Positions 28,508-37,422 of a DNA stretch of 64,000 nt are shown piece after piece. The DNA is from a bacterium (GTDB taxonomy: Bacteria; UBA8248). Position numbers and translations under genes: made by a program. The stretch is taken from the NCBI GenBank assembly GCA_965213625.1, contig CBDBZU010000004.1, forward strand, positions 2,944,001-3,008,000, in the 5' to 3' direction. Positions within the stretch are counted from its first letter, which is position 1. Each line of letters starts with the position of its first letter. Under the pieces are notes generated by a model. It did not search any database and was not told the DNA's origin. It was given only the letters and a program-made list of their open reading frames with translations.

Positions 28508-30001
28508 ATGGCCAAGAAAACTATCTTCGCGATTAACACAGACGTGCCAGGGGAAATCACTTCCGAAGTAAATTATCGTTCCAACCAAACATTGTTGGAC
28601 GCTGATATTATTTTGTTCACTCCTACCCTAGAAATCGGTTGGTCAAGTGAGACTTACCAAGGTAAACCGCTTCTTTCGGAGCAGAAGTCATTTACAGCAT
28701 TAGAACAAACACGCCATTGGGAAAAAGAGATCTCCACAGCAGTTAATGCAGGAAAATTGGTTGTCGTTTATTTGGCGAAACCGGAAGACTGTTTTCGGTA
28801 TACCGGTGAAAAACAAACTTCAGGCACTGGCCGGAATCAGAAAGTCACCAATATTGTTACAGAAATAAATTCTTACGACGCACTACCAGCAATAAATTCT
28901 TATTCGTCGGTGACAGGTGCGAAGATAAAAATTGCTAAGACAGGAGCAATTATTTCACCGTATTGGGATCAGTTTGCGACTTACTCATCTTATCGCACTG
29001 AGGTAAAGGGGGAATTTTCCGAAGTCTTACTAGAATCTGAGGTAGGAATTAGGGTTGTGGGCGCTTTAATTAGGGCTACAGGAGGAGGATCTCTCTTATT
29101 TCTGCCACCTGTTAATTTTAATGTAGCTGAGTTTCTTGAGGAGAATGACGAAGGCTACGAAGTCTGGAACGAGGCTGGCTTGCAGGCAGGAAAAAGATTC
29201 GTCGGAGCCATAATTTCGCTTGCAGAAGCGATATCTGTCAATAGAACTATGACCCCACCGCCTGATTGGGCATCTGGCAACCAATATCGTTTGCCGAATG
29301 AAAGACGTCTTGAAGCCGAGGTTACCCAAATTTCCGAAAAAATTGTGCATCTCGATAAGACTAAAAACACTCTCCAACAGACTCTATTGGCTGCAGGAAG
29401 CCCTCGCAATCTTCTGTTTGAAAAAGGCACACCTCTGGAAGATGCCATTCTGGAGAGCTTGAAACTAATGGGCTTCAAAGCGGGTGGTTTTGATGACGGA
29501 GAGTCCGAGTTCGACGCCATTTTTTCTTCTCCTGAGGGAAGATTCATCGGTGAAGCCGAAGGTCGCGACAATAAGGCTATTAGCATAGATAAATTTAGCC
29601 AATTAGAACGCAACTTGCATGAAGATTTTAGCCTCGATGAAATCGACGAAATGGCAAAAGGGGTATTGTTCGGCAATGGCTATCGCTTAGAACCACCAGA
29701 AGAACGCGTTGAAACTTTCACTGCAAAATGTCTAAAAGCGACGAAAAGAACCGGGATTGCTTTGGTTCGCACGCCAGACATGTTCGAGCCAACAAGATAT
29801 CTTAAAGAACATCCTGAAGATCAAGATTACGCGACGGCCTGCCGAAGAGCGATAGCCGATACAGAGGGGGCGATTGTCGAATTTCCTACGCCTCCGATCG
29901 AGGAAACAGCAAAAATTGTAGAGAAAACCGCTAATATCATAAACGACACAAGCGACGAAATATTTGAGGGTGCTCAGGCCAAGACAGACGGAAAAGCCTA
30001 A
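28508..30001 (+). CDS. AT-rich hypothetical protein with coiled coil and C-terminal restriction-endonuclease-like domain
   Basis: 497-aa ORF with a GGAG RBS, visibly AT-richer than its flanks. LE..I...L..MGF, EFDAIF..IGEAEG and SQL follow an Mrr/PD-(D/E)xK-like layout. Confidence 0.7.
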   Translation: MAKKTIFAINTDVPGEITSEVNYRSNQTLLDADIILFTPTLEIGWSSETYQGKPLLSEQKSFTALEQTRHWEKEISTAVNAGKLVVVYLAKPEDCFRYTGEKQTSGTGRNQKVTNIVTEINSYDALPAINSYSSVTGAKIKIAKTGAIISPYWDQFATYSSYRTEVKGEFSEVLLESEVGIRVVGALIRATGGGSLLFLPPVNFNVAEFLEENDEGYEVWNEAGLQAGKRFVGAIISLAEAISVNRTMTPPPDWASGNQYRLPNERRLEAEVTQISEKIVHLDKTKNTLQQTLLAAGSPRNLLFEKGTPLEDAILESLKLMGFKAGGFDDGESEFDAIFSSPEGRFIGEAEGRDNKAISIDKFSQLERNLHEDFSLDEIDEMAKGVLFGNGYRLEPPEERVETFTAKCLKATKRTGIALVRTPDMFEPTRYLKEHPEDQDYATACRRAIADTEGAIVEFPTPPIEETAKIVEKTANIINDTSDEIFEGAQAKTDGKA

Positions 30002-30076
30002 TCAATTCTATTTCTTATTTCATATGCAACATATCAGCACAGCTTAGATTACAAGAATTTCCTTGCCTTCGCCCCA

Positions 30077-30922
30077 TCAAGTCGAATGAGGGGCTTGGGC
30101 GGCGCATCTGAAGCCGATGTAGCCATGCCCCGTCGCCTGCCTGCCGGGCATCACGACTTCCCGGCTCGTGGCCGTCATGCCGTCCGGCGCACTCGCCGAA
30201 TTGCCGCCCCGCACCACGCGCGCATCCACCGCGCTCAAGTTTTCGCGTCCGTCTTTGGGCTTGTAGGGGTAGTTCATCGCGAGCGAGGCCGTCCATTCCC
30301 ATACCTGCCCCGCCATGTCGTTCACCCCGTATGGGCTGGCGCCTTTAGGATAACGACCCACGACCGCCGTTTGGCCCCTGAAATCCCCTAAAAGCAGGTA
30401 TTCTCCCGACGGCTTCTGGTTCCCCCACGGGTAGAGGCGGCCATCGCCTCCGCGCGCCGCCTTTTCCCATTGCGCCTCGGTGGGCAGCCGCTTCCTTTTC
30501 CAGCGGCAATAGGCCAGCGCCCCGCCCCAGGCCATCTCGCTCGCCGGGAATTTGTCGAAACCCTTCTCGACGACCCAGGAATCTCCCATCGGGATAATTT
30601 TGGCGTCGGGGTCGTCAGTGTCGAGGTACATCTCCCCCTGCGGCCCGGTCGGGCCTTTCTCCTGAATGAAGGGCAGGTAATCCGCCCAGGTCACCAGGTT
30701 TTGGTCGATGTAATAGGCGGGCAGGAACACGCGATGCGCGGGTTTTTCCTCATCGGGGCCGTCGTTTCTCCCCATCGTGAAGGGACCTGCGGGAATGAGA
30801 ATCATCCCGGCGTATTTGCCCTTTCCCATCTTCGGTGCGGAAGCGGCACCGGCCGTTTCTGCAAAAACCGCCGCTACGAAGACGAGAAGGAAAATCCATA
30901 TGCCGACCGATTTTTTTGTCAT
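30077..30922 (-). CDS. Secreted FGE-sulfatase-fold protein, copy 2
   Basis: About 95% amino-acid identity to 27369..28214. Confidence 0.9.
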   Translation of the reverse strand: MTKKSVGIWIFLLVFVAAVFAETAGAASAPKMGKGKYAGMILIPAGPFTMGRNDGPDEEKPAHRVFLPAYYIDQNLVTWADYLPFIQEKGPTGPQGEMYLDTDDPDAKIIPMGDSWVVEKGFDKFPASEMAWGGALAYCRWKRKRLPTEAQWEKAARGGDGRLYPWGNQKPSGEYLLLGDFRGQTAVVGRYPKGASPYGVNDMAGQVWEWTASLAMNYPYKPKDGRENLSAVDARVVRGGNSASAPDGMTATSREVVMPGRQATGHGYIGFRCAAQAPHST

Positions 30923-31055
30923 TCGTCATCCCTCAAACCAAAGAATACTGAAGAGTATATCGTAAAGCGGGAAGAGAAGCTGTAAGGGAATGGGGCGTCA
31001 CCGCTCAGTCAAAACGCAACCTTGCTCAATAACGAGCGTCCATTCGGTTCCTCGG

Positions 31056-31838
31056 TCAGACCGTCCCGAGTGCGTCGCGCAGGAACGCGCACAGCGGCTC
31101 ATTGACCGCCTGCGGCGATTCGGCGAGCGCCATATGCCTGAGTCCGGGCAATACAACGAGACGGGCGCCGGGAATAAGTTCTGCCATGGCCCGCGCCATG
31201 GCGGGCGTGTTGCCCGGGTCGTCCTCGCCGGCCATCACAAGCGTCGGACAGGCGATCCGTTCAAGACCCTGGACGATCTCGGAGTCCCCCTCGGCGAGAA
31301 CCCGGTATATCCGTGAATAGACTTTCGGGTCGTTGCGCGTAATCCACATGCGGACCTGGTCGATCAGTTCCGGCGCCTGGGTGCGGCACGCAGGTGTGAA
31401 CCAGCGTTCGAGGGCGGAGTCCACGTTCGCCGAAGGTCCTTGTACCTGGGTCTGGCGCACGCGCTCACGAACCGCGGCGCGTTCGGCCGGGCTGCGATCG
31501 TGCGGCGAGTGCAGTATCGCGAGCGCAGAGAGGCGGTCCGGATGATCCAGCGCGAATCGGCGCGCTATCATGCCGCCGAGCGAGAACCCGACCACTGCAG
31601 CGCGCTCGACCCCGCATCGGTCCATGATTCGGAGCAGTTGCCCGGAGAACATGGCGAGGTCGGGCGCGCCCGCAGGCGGCGCGCTCTCTCCATGCCCAAG
31701 CAGATCGTAGGTCAGTACGCTGAAATGCGGCGTGAGCGCCGGGAGTTGCCACTGCCACATCGCGCGGTTCAGGCCGAAGCCGTGAATCAATGCGACCGTC
31801 GGGCCGCTTCCGTGTAACTCCCAGAACGATTCGTCCAT
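31056..31838 (-). CDS. Alpha/beta hydrolase (enol-lactonase-like)
   Basis: HGFG, YDLLGHG, GFSLGG, GEDD and H motifs. Confidence 0.9.
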   Translation of the reverse strand: MDESFWELHGSGPTVALIHGFGLNRAMWQWQLPALTPHFSVLTYDLLGHGESAPPAGAPDLAMFSGQLLRIMDRCGVERAAVVGFSLGGMIARRFALDHPDRLSALAILHSPHDRSPAERAAVRERVRQTQVQGPSANVDSALERWFTPACRTQAPELIDQVRMWITRNDPKVYSRIYRVLAEGDSEIVQGLERIACPTLVMAGEDDPGNTPAMARAMAELIPGARLVVLPGLRHMALAESPQAVNEPLCAFLRDALGTV

Positions 31839-31893
31839 GCCACCCCTACTTTTCACGCCTGCAGTCCATGGGCGATAGCGTGCATATCATTTA

Positions 31894-32931
31894 TCACACG
31901 AACGCCGGCATCACTTCCTTGATGAACAGTTCCAGTGACCGCTTCTGCTCCTTCATCCCGAGACCCAGGCTCGCGTAGTAGGTGAAATGGTCGACGCCGA
32001 GCGCTTCGTAGGCTCTGAGCTTCTCTGTCACCTCTTCCGGTGTGCCGAACAGCAGGTTGTGATGGAGCATCTTCGGATCATACTCGTCCCTGTTCTCCAA
32101 CTCCGAGAGTTCAACCGCCCGGGGAAAACCATTGGCGACGTCTCCTAAGTTCTTGAACAGGTTCTCGAACTGGCCGAACTGGCGTATTGCGGCCTTCACC
32201 GGCGTCTCCCAATCCTCCTTGCGGTCGTAGACCACCGTGTGGCGCATGGTAGCGAATATCGGCCGCGGCTTGCCGGGGTTGTTAGCGAGCGCGGTCTCCA
32301 GACGCCCCTTGTAGAGCTCGACTTCCGACATCGGGCGGGTCAGGGGCCAGGAGAGGATGTTGCACTCATGCTTCACCGCAAAGTCGTAGGAGTCCGGAGA
32401 GCGCGCCGCGATCCAGAGCGGTGGATGGGGCTTCTGCAACGGCTTCGGCACGGATGTCGCCGCCGGAAAGGACCAGAATTCGCCCTCGTGCTCGCAGTCG
32501 CCCTGCCATAACGCCTTCACCACCGGCAGCATCTCGAACATGTACCGGAATCCATCGTTGCGCTGCAGACCGGGATGCATGCGGTCGAACTCGCGCTGGT
32601 AGGCGCCGGAGGCGATGCCGAACTCGAGGCGCCCGCCGCTGTACAGGTCCAGCAGCGCAGCCTCGCCCGCGGCCTTGAGCGGATGCCAGTACGCCGCCAC
32701 GACCACAGCCGAGCCGAGCCGGATGCGGGACGTGTGGGCGGCCCACCAGGTCAGGATCTGGAATGGATTGGGCGCAATGGTCATCTCCAGCGCATGGTGC
32801 TCGGCGGCCCATGCGATTGCGAAGCCACCCTCGTCCGCCATCTGCACCATCTCAAGCGTATGGCGCTCGACATCTGCCATGTCCTGCTCGGGTGTCATGC
32901 GCTCCATGTTGATGGCCAGGTGAAACTTCAT
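31894..32931 (-). CDS. Luciferase-like (LLM) flavin-dependent oxidoreductase
   Basis: WAAEHH, RIRLGS, GRLEFG and PKPLQKPHPP motifs. Confidence 0.92.
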   Translation of the reverse strand: MKFHLAINMERMTPEQDMADVERHTLEMVQMADEGGFAIAWAAEHHALEMTIAPNPFQILTWWAAHTSRIRLGSAVVVAAYWHPLKAAGEAALLDLYSGGRLEFGIASGAYQREFDRMHPGLQRNDGFRYMFEMLPVVKALWQGDCEHEGEFWSFPAATSVPKPLQKPHPPLWIAARSPDSYDFAVKHECNILSWPLTRPMSEVELYKGRLETALANNPGKPRPIFATMRHTVVYDRKEDWETPVKAAIRQFGQFENLFKNLGDVANGFPRAVELSELENRDEYDPKMLHHNLLFGTPEEVTEKLRAYEALGVDHFTYYASLGLGMKEQKRSLELFIKEVMPAFV

Positions 32932-32985
32932 ATTTTCAAGCCCCTCGCTAGGCTCATGGCGTATGGATTACCGATGAGTCACGTA

Positions 32986-33705
32986 TCAGGCGTTCTGCGG
33001 CGGCCAGATGCGGCTTGCCGCCAGCGGAGAGCCGGGTGGATGGATGAGATACCCGTGCACGCGCTTCGTCCCCTCGGTCTCCTCGAGCGCGATGTAGTTC
33101 GCTTCCCGCGCCTCTAAAGATGTGTACTCATAGAGCACCGAATGCTTGGGCCAGGCCGTGGCCACCAGGTATTTCCTGGCGCCGATGCAGCCCGGCGTGT
33201 CTGCGACCCTCGCCATGCGCTCCTGGGCGTACCATGCCTGGAGGTCCTCATCGTTGCCCTGCGCATCGTAGCGGCCCATCTGGATGGCGGGCGCCATGAC
33301 GTCGGGCGCTTCCCTCTTCCCTGCGTCCGGGCCTTCCACCCGCCACTCCTCGCAGAGGATGAGCCCTTTGGCCTGAATCCGCATCCCCGTCATTTCGCGG
33401 GTTTCGGCGTTTTGGCGCTCTTTTAGCTGCGCAGGGCTGGGGTCGTAGAAAACGCGGGTGGATTCCCCGCCGAAGAGCGCGATGAACCCCGCGCCCGACG
33501 CAAGCTCTGGATCGTCGGTGCGGTGCAGGCGCGCCGCAATCTTCTCGAACTTCTCTCCGGGGTGCTTCACCTCATAATGCGCAGCCCATGTATAGCCCGG
33601 CCGCGAGAGTTTTTCGGGAATGTGTACGCCGTGAAACCAATCCATGTACTCATCCCGTCCCTCCTCTGGCAAATCATAGATGATCGCCCATACCGCCCTG
33701 TCCAT
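32986..33705 (-). CDS. Two-domain dimeric alpha/beta-barrel protein (EthD/DUF4286-like)
   Basis: Repeated W(F/Y)...(H/R)......PG pattern in both halves. Confidence 0.6.
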   Translation of the reverse strand: MDRAVWAIIYDLPEEGRDEYMDWFHGVHIPEKLSRPGYTWAAHYEVKHPGEKFEKIAARLHRTDDPELASGAGFIALFGGESTRVFYDPSPAQLKERQNAETREMTGMRIQAKGLILCEEWRVEGPDAGKREAPDVMAPAIQMGRYDAQGNDEDLQAWYAQERMARVADTPGCIGARKYLVATAWPKHSVLYEYTSLEAREANYIALEETEGTKRVHGYLIHPPGSPLAASRIWPPQNA

Positions 33706-33776
33706 ATTTCGCCTCCGGTTACTGATGAATGATTGGCAAATGAAAAGAATTCGAAGGTCGTCGGTATCGCCTCTCC

Positions 33777-34124
33777 CTACACTCCCGACGACTCGGGCTC
33801 ACGAGACGCGGTTTTCAGGTCCTGCTGAGTGAAAAGGAGTTTGCAGACCTTGTCCATGTGCGCCCTGAGCGGCGGATAGGTTGTTAGTTCGTAACTTTTC
33901 ACGTCCACACTGAACGGCAGATTACTCTCATAAAATAGAGTCCAGAGCCTATCGATCTGCTTTTCATTGATGGTGCCGCGCAATACCAGGTCGACGTCCG
34001 AATTTGGACGATATTTACCCGTAGCGCGTGAACCGAACAACTCGACCGAGACGACCTCCTCTGCATAGAGCGAGAGAATCTGTTTCAAAACCATGAGCTG
34101 GCGGTCCGAGAGTCCGTGGTTCAT
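33777..34124 (-). CDS. Minimal nucleotidyltransferase (MNT antitoxin)
   Basis: GS-X10-DVD motif (FGSRATGKYRPNSDVDL); overlaps the HEPN stop. Confidence 0.9.
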   Translation of the reverse strand: MNHGLSDRQLMVLKQILSLYAEEVVSVELFGSRATGKYRPNSDVDLVLRGTINEKQIDRLWTLFYESNLPFSVDVKSYELTTYPPLRAHMDKVCKLLFTQQDLKTASREPESSGV

Positions 34125-34546
34125 GGCTGCTCCCCGGTTTTTTCGAGGAATTGCGTGTGCAATGCGTCAAACGCGCGCAGGTAGTTTTTCCTGATCTCTT
34201 CGATGACGGCCTCGAATCTTTTCGGATCATAGTTGTGCGACATCTTATTGCGTGCATCCAGAGCGTCCATCCATGTCTGTCCATCTTCCAGTAAATTCGC
34301 CTCGAAGGCCTTGCGGATGACGGTTCTGGGAGTCACATGCTCAAAGACGAAGTTCTCGCTCTCCAGATAGTCCTTCATGAGGTTCCAGGCAAGTTCAGTC
34401 GTGTACTCGAATCGCTGAATAATCCCTTCTTTTTCAAGCTGACTCGGCTCTCTTTGGTCCATCATTTCGATGGCCTCACGCAGTAAGGAAAAAGCGCGCT
34501 TGTAGTTGTCGAAGCGATATTGCCAGCGTGGGGTGTCGTCGTTCAC
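34121..34546 (-). CDS. HEPN toxin (HI0074 family)
   Basis: GIIQRFEYTTELAW and RNKMSHNY (R-X4-H-X-Y) motifs. Confidence 0.9.
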   Translation of the reverse strand: MNDDTPRWQYRFDNYKRAFSLLREAIEMMDQREPSQLEKEGIIQRFEYTTELAWNLMKDYLESENFVFEHVTPRTVIRKAFEANLLEDGQTWMDALDARNKMSHNYDPKRFEAVIEEIRKNYLRAFDALHTQFLEKTGEQP

Positions 34547-34744
34547 CGGGCTTTCCTCTCACTTGAGCGCTTTCAGGCCTTTCGACTCATATCAAGAATG
34601 TATCCACGACGAAACAACATGCTTCACGGAATGGTGCGCGTCAAGTATATTGATTTTCTAAATTCCGCTATCGCTTAGAACGAGGTTTCCTTCCGACGTT
34701 CGTTGGCCGGGAGCCCTGACATCGACAACCTGGAGCCCATATCC

Positions 34745-35374
34745 ATGATCTATGAAGTTCGCGCTTACACGTTCCCCTCGGGATTCGCCACGGAAGGCGT
34801 GGAGGATTTCGGCAAAATCATCGAAAAAAGAACCGCCATATCCCCGCTCATCGGTTTTTTCATCTCCGCCATCGGGGGGTTGAACAGGATTTTGCATATC
34901 TGGGAGTATGAAAACTCCGCCCACCGGGAGGCGGCTCGCGCCGAAGCCCTCGCCCAGCCGTGGTGGCCGCCGCTCCAAGTGGACAAAATCCTCTACCAGC
35001 AGACGCGCATCATGCGGGCCGCTCCGTTTTGTCCCAAACCAAGGGCGGGCGAGATGGGGAGCGTATACGAAATCAGGAGCGACGTGATCATCACGGGCAA
35101 GATGAGGGACATCAGCGCGGCGTGGGAGAAGAATCTGCCAGAAAGGGAGCGCCTCTCGCCCCTGGCGGCGGCGTTCGCCAACCCGGCGGGCGAGTTCGAG
35201 TCCGGCATCCTGAACGAGTTCCTGCACATCTGGCCCTACCGGGATATGAACCACTGGGCCGAAGTGCAAAAGGAGGCGGAAAATCTCCCCGCCTGGGATG
35301 CGGGTTATAAACCTTATCTCAGGAGCGAGACTTCTGAAATCTGGTATCCGGTGGCGTATTCACCCATGAAATAG
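34745..35374 (+). CDS. NIPSNAP family protein (two domains)
   Basis: IYEVRAY..HIWEYE and VYEIRS..HIWPY repeats; ends in YSPMK. Confidence 0.88.
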   Translation: MIYEVRAYTFPSGFATEGVEDFGKIIEKRTAISPLIGFFISAIGGLNRILHIWEYENSAHREAARAEALAQPWWPPLQVDKILYQQTRIMRAAPFCPKPRAGEMGSVYEIRSDVIITGKMRDISAAWEKNLPERERLSPLAAAFANPAGEFESGILNEFLHIWPYRDMNHWAEVQKEAENLPAWDAGYKPYLRSETSEIWYPVAYSPMK

Positions 35375-35405
35375 CGGGGACCGCATTTGGCGATCCCCGC
35401 TTTGT
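35373..35405. terminator. Hairpin between convergent NIPSNAP and tRNA
   Basis: AGCGGGGA..TCCCCGCT stem followed by TTGT. Confidence 0.6.
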
Positions 35406-35415
35406 CATAGGTAAA

Positions 35416-35490
35416 TGGAGCGGGAAACGGGATTTGAACCCGCGACCCCAACGTTGGCAACGTTGTGCTCTACCACTGAGCTATTCCCGC
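35416..35490 (-). tRNA. tRNA-Gly (GCC)
   Basis: The reverse complement GCGGGAATAGCTCAGTGGTAGAGCACAACGTTGCCAACGTTGGGGTCGCGGGTTCAAATCCCGTTTCCCGCTCCA folds as a cloverleaf with a GCC anticodon and encoded CCA. Confidence 0.97.
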
Positions 35491-35568
35491 AAAAAACAAC
35501 TCAAAAAGTTTACCCGACTGGCATCGAGAGTCAAGAGTCGTACGACTTTTTGAATTCATCTTTCCCGT

Positions 35569-36654
35569 TCAACCCACCTCCAGTTTCTCCGCTAGCCAGT
35601 CCGCCGCGAGGGGACGCCACAAGAAAGGAATGTTGTTGCACACGTGGACGCCTTCCTCGTACACCACGAGTTCGCACGCATCGCCCGCCTCCGCCGCTAT
35701 CTTGCGGGCTTGCTCTACGGGGCACAGCCTGTCGCGCGCGCCGTGAATGATCAGCAAGGGTCGATCCAGCCCGCTCAGGCAACCGCGCAGGGAGATCTCC
35801 TGCGACTTGAGCGCGCCTTGCTCTTCATTTTCCGTCTGAAAGGAGACGCAAACCCCCTGGCGCGTCAGCATGGGCAAACCCTCCCAAATCTCCACCATGT
35901 CGTATGGTCCGCATACGCCGACCCCTGCCTTGAGGCGGGGTTCCAGGGCGAGGCTACGCGGCGCGTAGTAGCCGCCCAGGCTCACCCCCAGGGCGCCGAT
36001 GCGGGATGAGTCCAGGCGCTCATCTTCCACCAGATGATCCATGACGACCGAGACCACACCCTCGAAATCGGGACGCATCTGCATGTCGGCGTTTTCCCCT
36101 TGCGCCGGGCCGTCGAAGGCGAAAGTCGCCATCCCCCGGCTGTGGAGAACTTCTTCGAGCGTATAAAATTCCTCTTTTGTGGAATCGAGGCCCGCGACCA
36201 GGACAACGCACGGTGCTCCGCCCTCCCCTTTCGCCCCCTCGGGGACCCGCAGAATACCCGGCAAACCCCTCCCTCCCGGCCAGGGGATTTCCACCCGCTC
36301 GGCAGGCGGGTCCAGGTGCGGAGCGGCGCGCATGTAGGCAGCCACCTTTCTCTTTTGCGCCTCCGCCTTGAGTTCCAGGTCCTCATGGTAGACGAACTGG
36401 GCGAAATGATAAGCGAGAGAAGCCCGCACGTAGGCTTCGGCGGCGCTCAACATCCTGCCCGCCTGTTCCATCTCGCGGGCTTCGCGTTCTCGAACCGCCG
36501 CGCGCTCCATCCAGAGACGGCACCACGCATGCCAGGAACTTACCTTGGGTATGACTTCCGAGGCGTCGAAATAGGAGATGCCATTCGCCAGAAGGCGGAC
36601 GTACCAGTGCGAGAGGGCTTCTTGCGTGAGGGCATCTGCGGAAGACTCACTCAA
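35569..36654 (-). CDS. Alpha/beta hydrolase (FrsA/2,6-dihydroxypseudooxynicotine hydrolase-like)
   Basis: GLDSTKEE, FDGPAQGE, GVSLGGYY and GVHVCNN motifs. Confidence 0.88.
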   Translation of the reverse strand: MSESSADALTQEALSHWYVRLLANGISYFDASEVIPKVSSWHAWCRLWMERAAVREREAREMEQAGRMLSAAEAYVRASLAYHFAQFVYHEDLELKAEAQKRKVAAYMRAAPHLDPPAERVEIPWPGGRGLPGILRVPEGAKGEGGAPCVVLVAGLDSTKEEFYTLEEVLHSRGMATFAFDGPAQGENADMQMRPDFEGVVSVVMDHLVEDERLDSSRIGALGVSLGGYYAPRSLALEPRLKAGVGVCGPYDMVEIWEGLPMLTRQGVCVSFQTENEEQGALKSQEISLRGCLSGLDRPLLIIHGARDRLCPVEQARKIAAEAGDACELVVYEEGVHVCNNIPFLWRPLAADWLAEKLEVG

Positions 36655-37415
36655 TTTACTTCTCCTAAAGCGGCCTTGCGGGCATGAATGCGAACCGACA
36701 CCACCGGTCGAAACGGAGCGTGGCCGGATATATCAATATCACAAAACCCGGCGCCCGCCAGCAATGATTCCCATTCGGTCTGCTCGCAAACCCCGCCGAG
36801 CGAGGCGTTCCACGCCTGGGGGTCCTGGGCGATCTCATCGGGCAAAGCACCCTCGCGTATCAGTTCACGGACGACGAGACGCCCGCCCGGCTTCAATATC
36901 CTGTGCGCCTCGGCGAGCGCCTTTTCCTTGTCCACCGTGAGGTTGAACGAGGCGTTGGCCAGCACGACGTCGGCGACACCATCAGCGAGGGGGACCTTCT
37001 CCATGTCCCCGGCCAGCAGATTCAGTTGCGCGCCACCAATGGCTCCCCTGAACGCCTCGCGCGCCCGATGAAGCATTTGAATCGCAAAATCCACGGCGTA
37101 CAGACTGGCGCCGACATCGAGTCTTTCGCTCAAGAGGCGCGCGTCCAATCCTGCGCCGCATCCCAATTCGACGGCCGTACGCACGCCTCTCAGATCGACC
37201 CCATCGAGCAGGTATCCGCAACCGCAATAAGAACCCGAAACCCGTTCGGGCAGACCGTCGATGAAGCGGGCGGGATAACCCGCACCCCGCGCCCTGTCCG
37301 TCCCGCCCTCCGGGAACGCATCCGCCTCGGCCAGATGGGCGTAGCGCTTTCTGACGAAGGATTTTACCTGCTCCTCCCACGCTTTCGGCTTCGCGCCATC
37401 TACGGTTACGGGCAT
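36651..37415 (-). CDS. SAM-dependent methyltransferase (ArsM-like)
   Basis: SYCGCG, ELGCGAGLD, NASFNL..DK and RILKPGG motifs. The start was reassigned to ATG 37415. Confidence 0.8.
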   Translation of the reverse strand: MPVTVDGAKPKAWEEQVKSFVRKRYAHLAEADAFPEGGTDRARGAGYPARFIDGLPERVSGSYCGCGYLLDGVDLRGVRTAVELGCGAGLDARLLSERLDVGASLYAVDFAIQMLHRAREAFRGAIGGAQLNLLAGDMEKVPLADGVADVVLANASFNLTVDKEKALAEAHRILKPGGRLVVRELIREGALPDEIAQDPQAWNASLGGVCEQTEWESLLAGAGFCDIDISGHAPFRPVVSVRIHARKAALGEVN

Positions 37416-37422
37416 GGTCGGC

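Larger units (their letters stand above)
27369..30960. repeat. Diverged direct duplication of about 0.88 kb (27369-28250 vs 30077-30960)
   Basis: Both proteins are 281 aa, with 15 amino-acid differences counted by eye and many synonymous changes. Similarity extends about 35 bp upstream of each start. Confidence 0.95.

Noticed and set aside
28440-30076. Integron cassette/attC boundaries around the AT-rich genes (GTTAG before and GCCTAAT after; also GTTAGAC near 62330)
   Set aside because: Core sites are imperfect, there is no symmetric attC hairpin, and no integrase is present.
27369-30922. Diversity-generating retroelement (FGE-fold genes are typical targets, and two near-identical copies are present)
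   Set aside because: Differences span the whole gene, are mostly synonymous and are not adenine-specific. No reverse transcriptase is in the window.
35415-35750. ORF starting MERETGFEPAT
   Set aside because: It is a translation of the tRNA-Gly antisense strand.
36651-37415. Second selenoprotein (ArsM-like methyltransferases can carry Sec)
   Set aside because: There is no in-frame UGA; the ORF is continuous to TAA.
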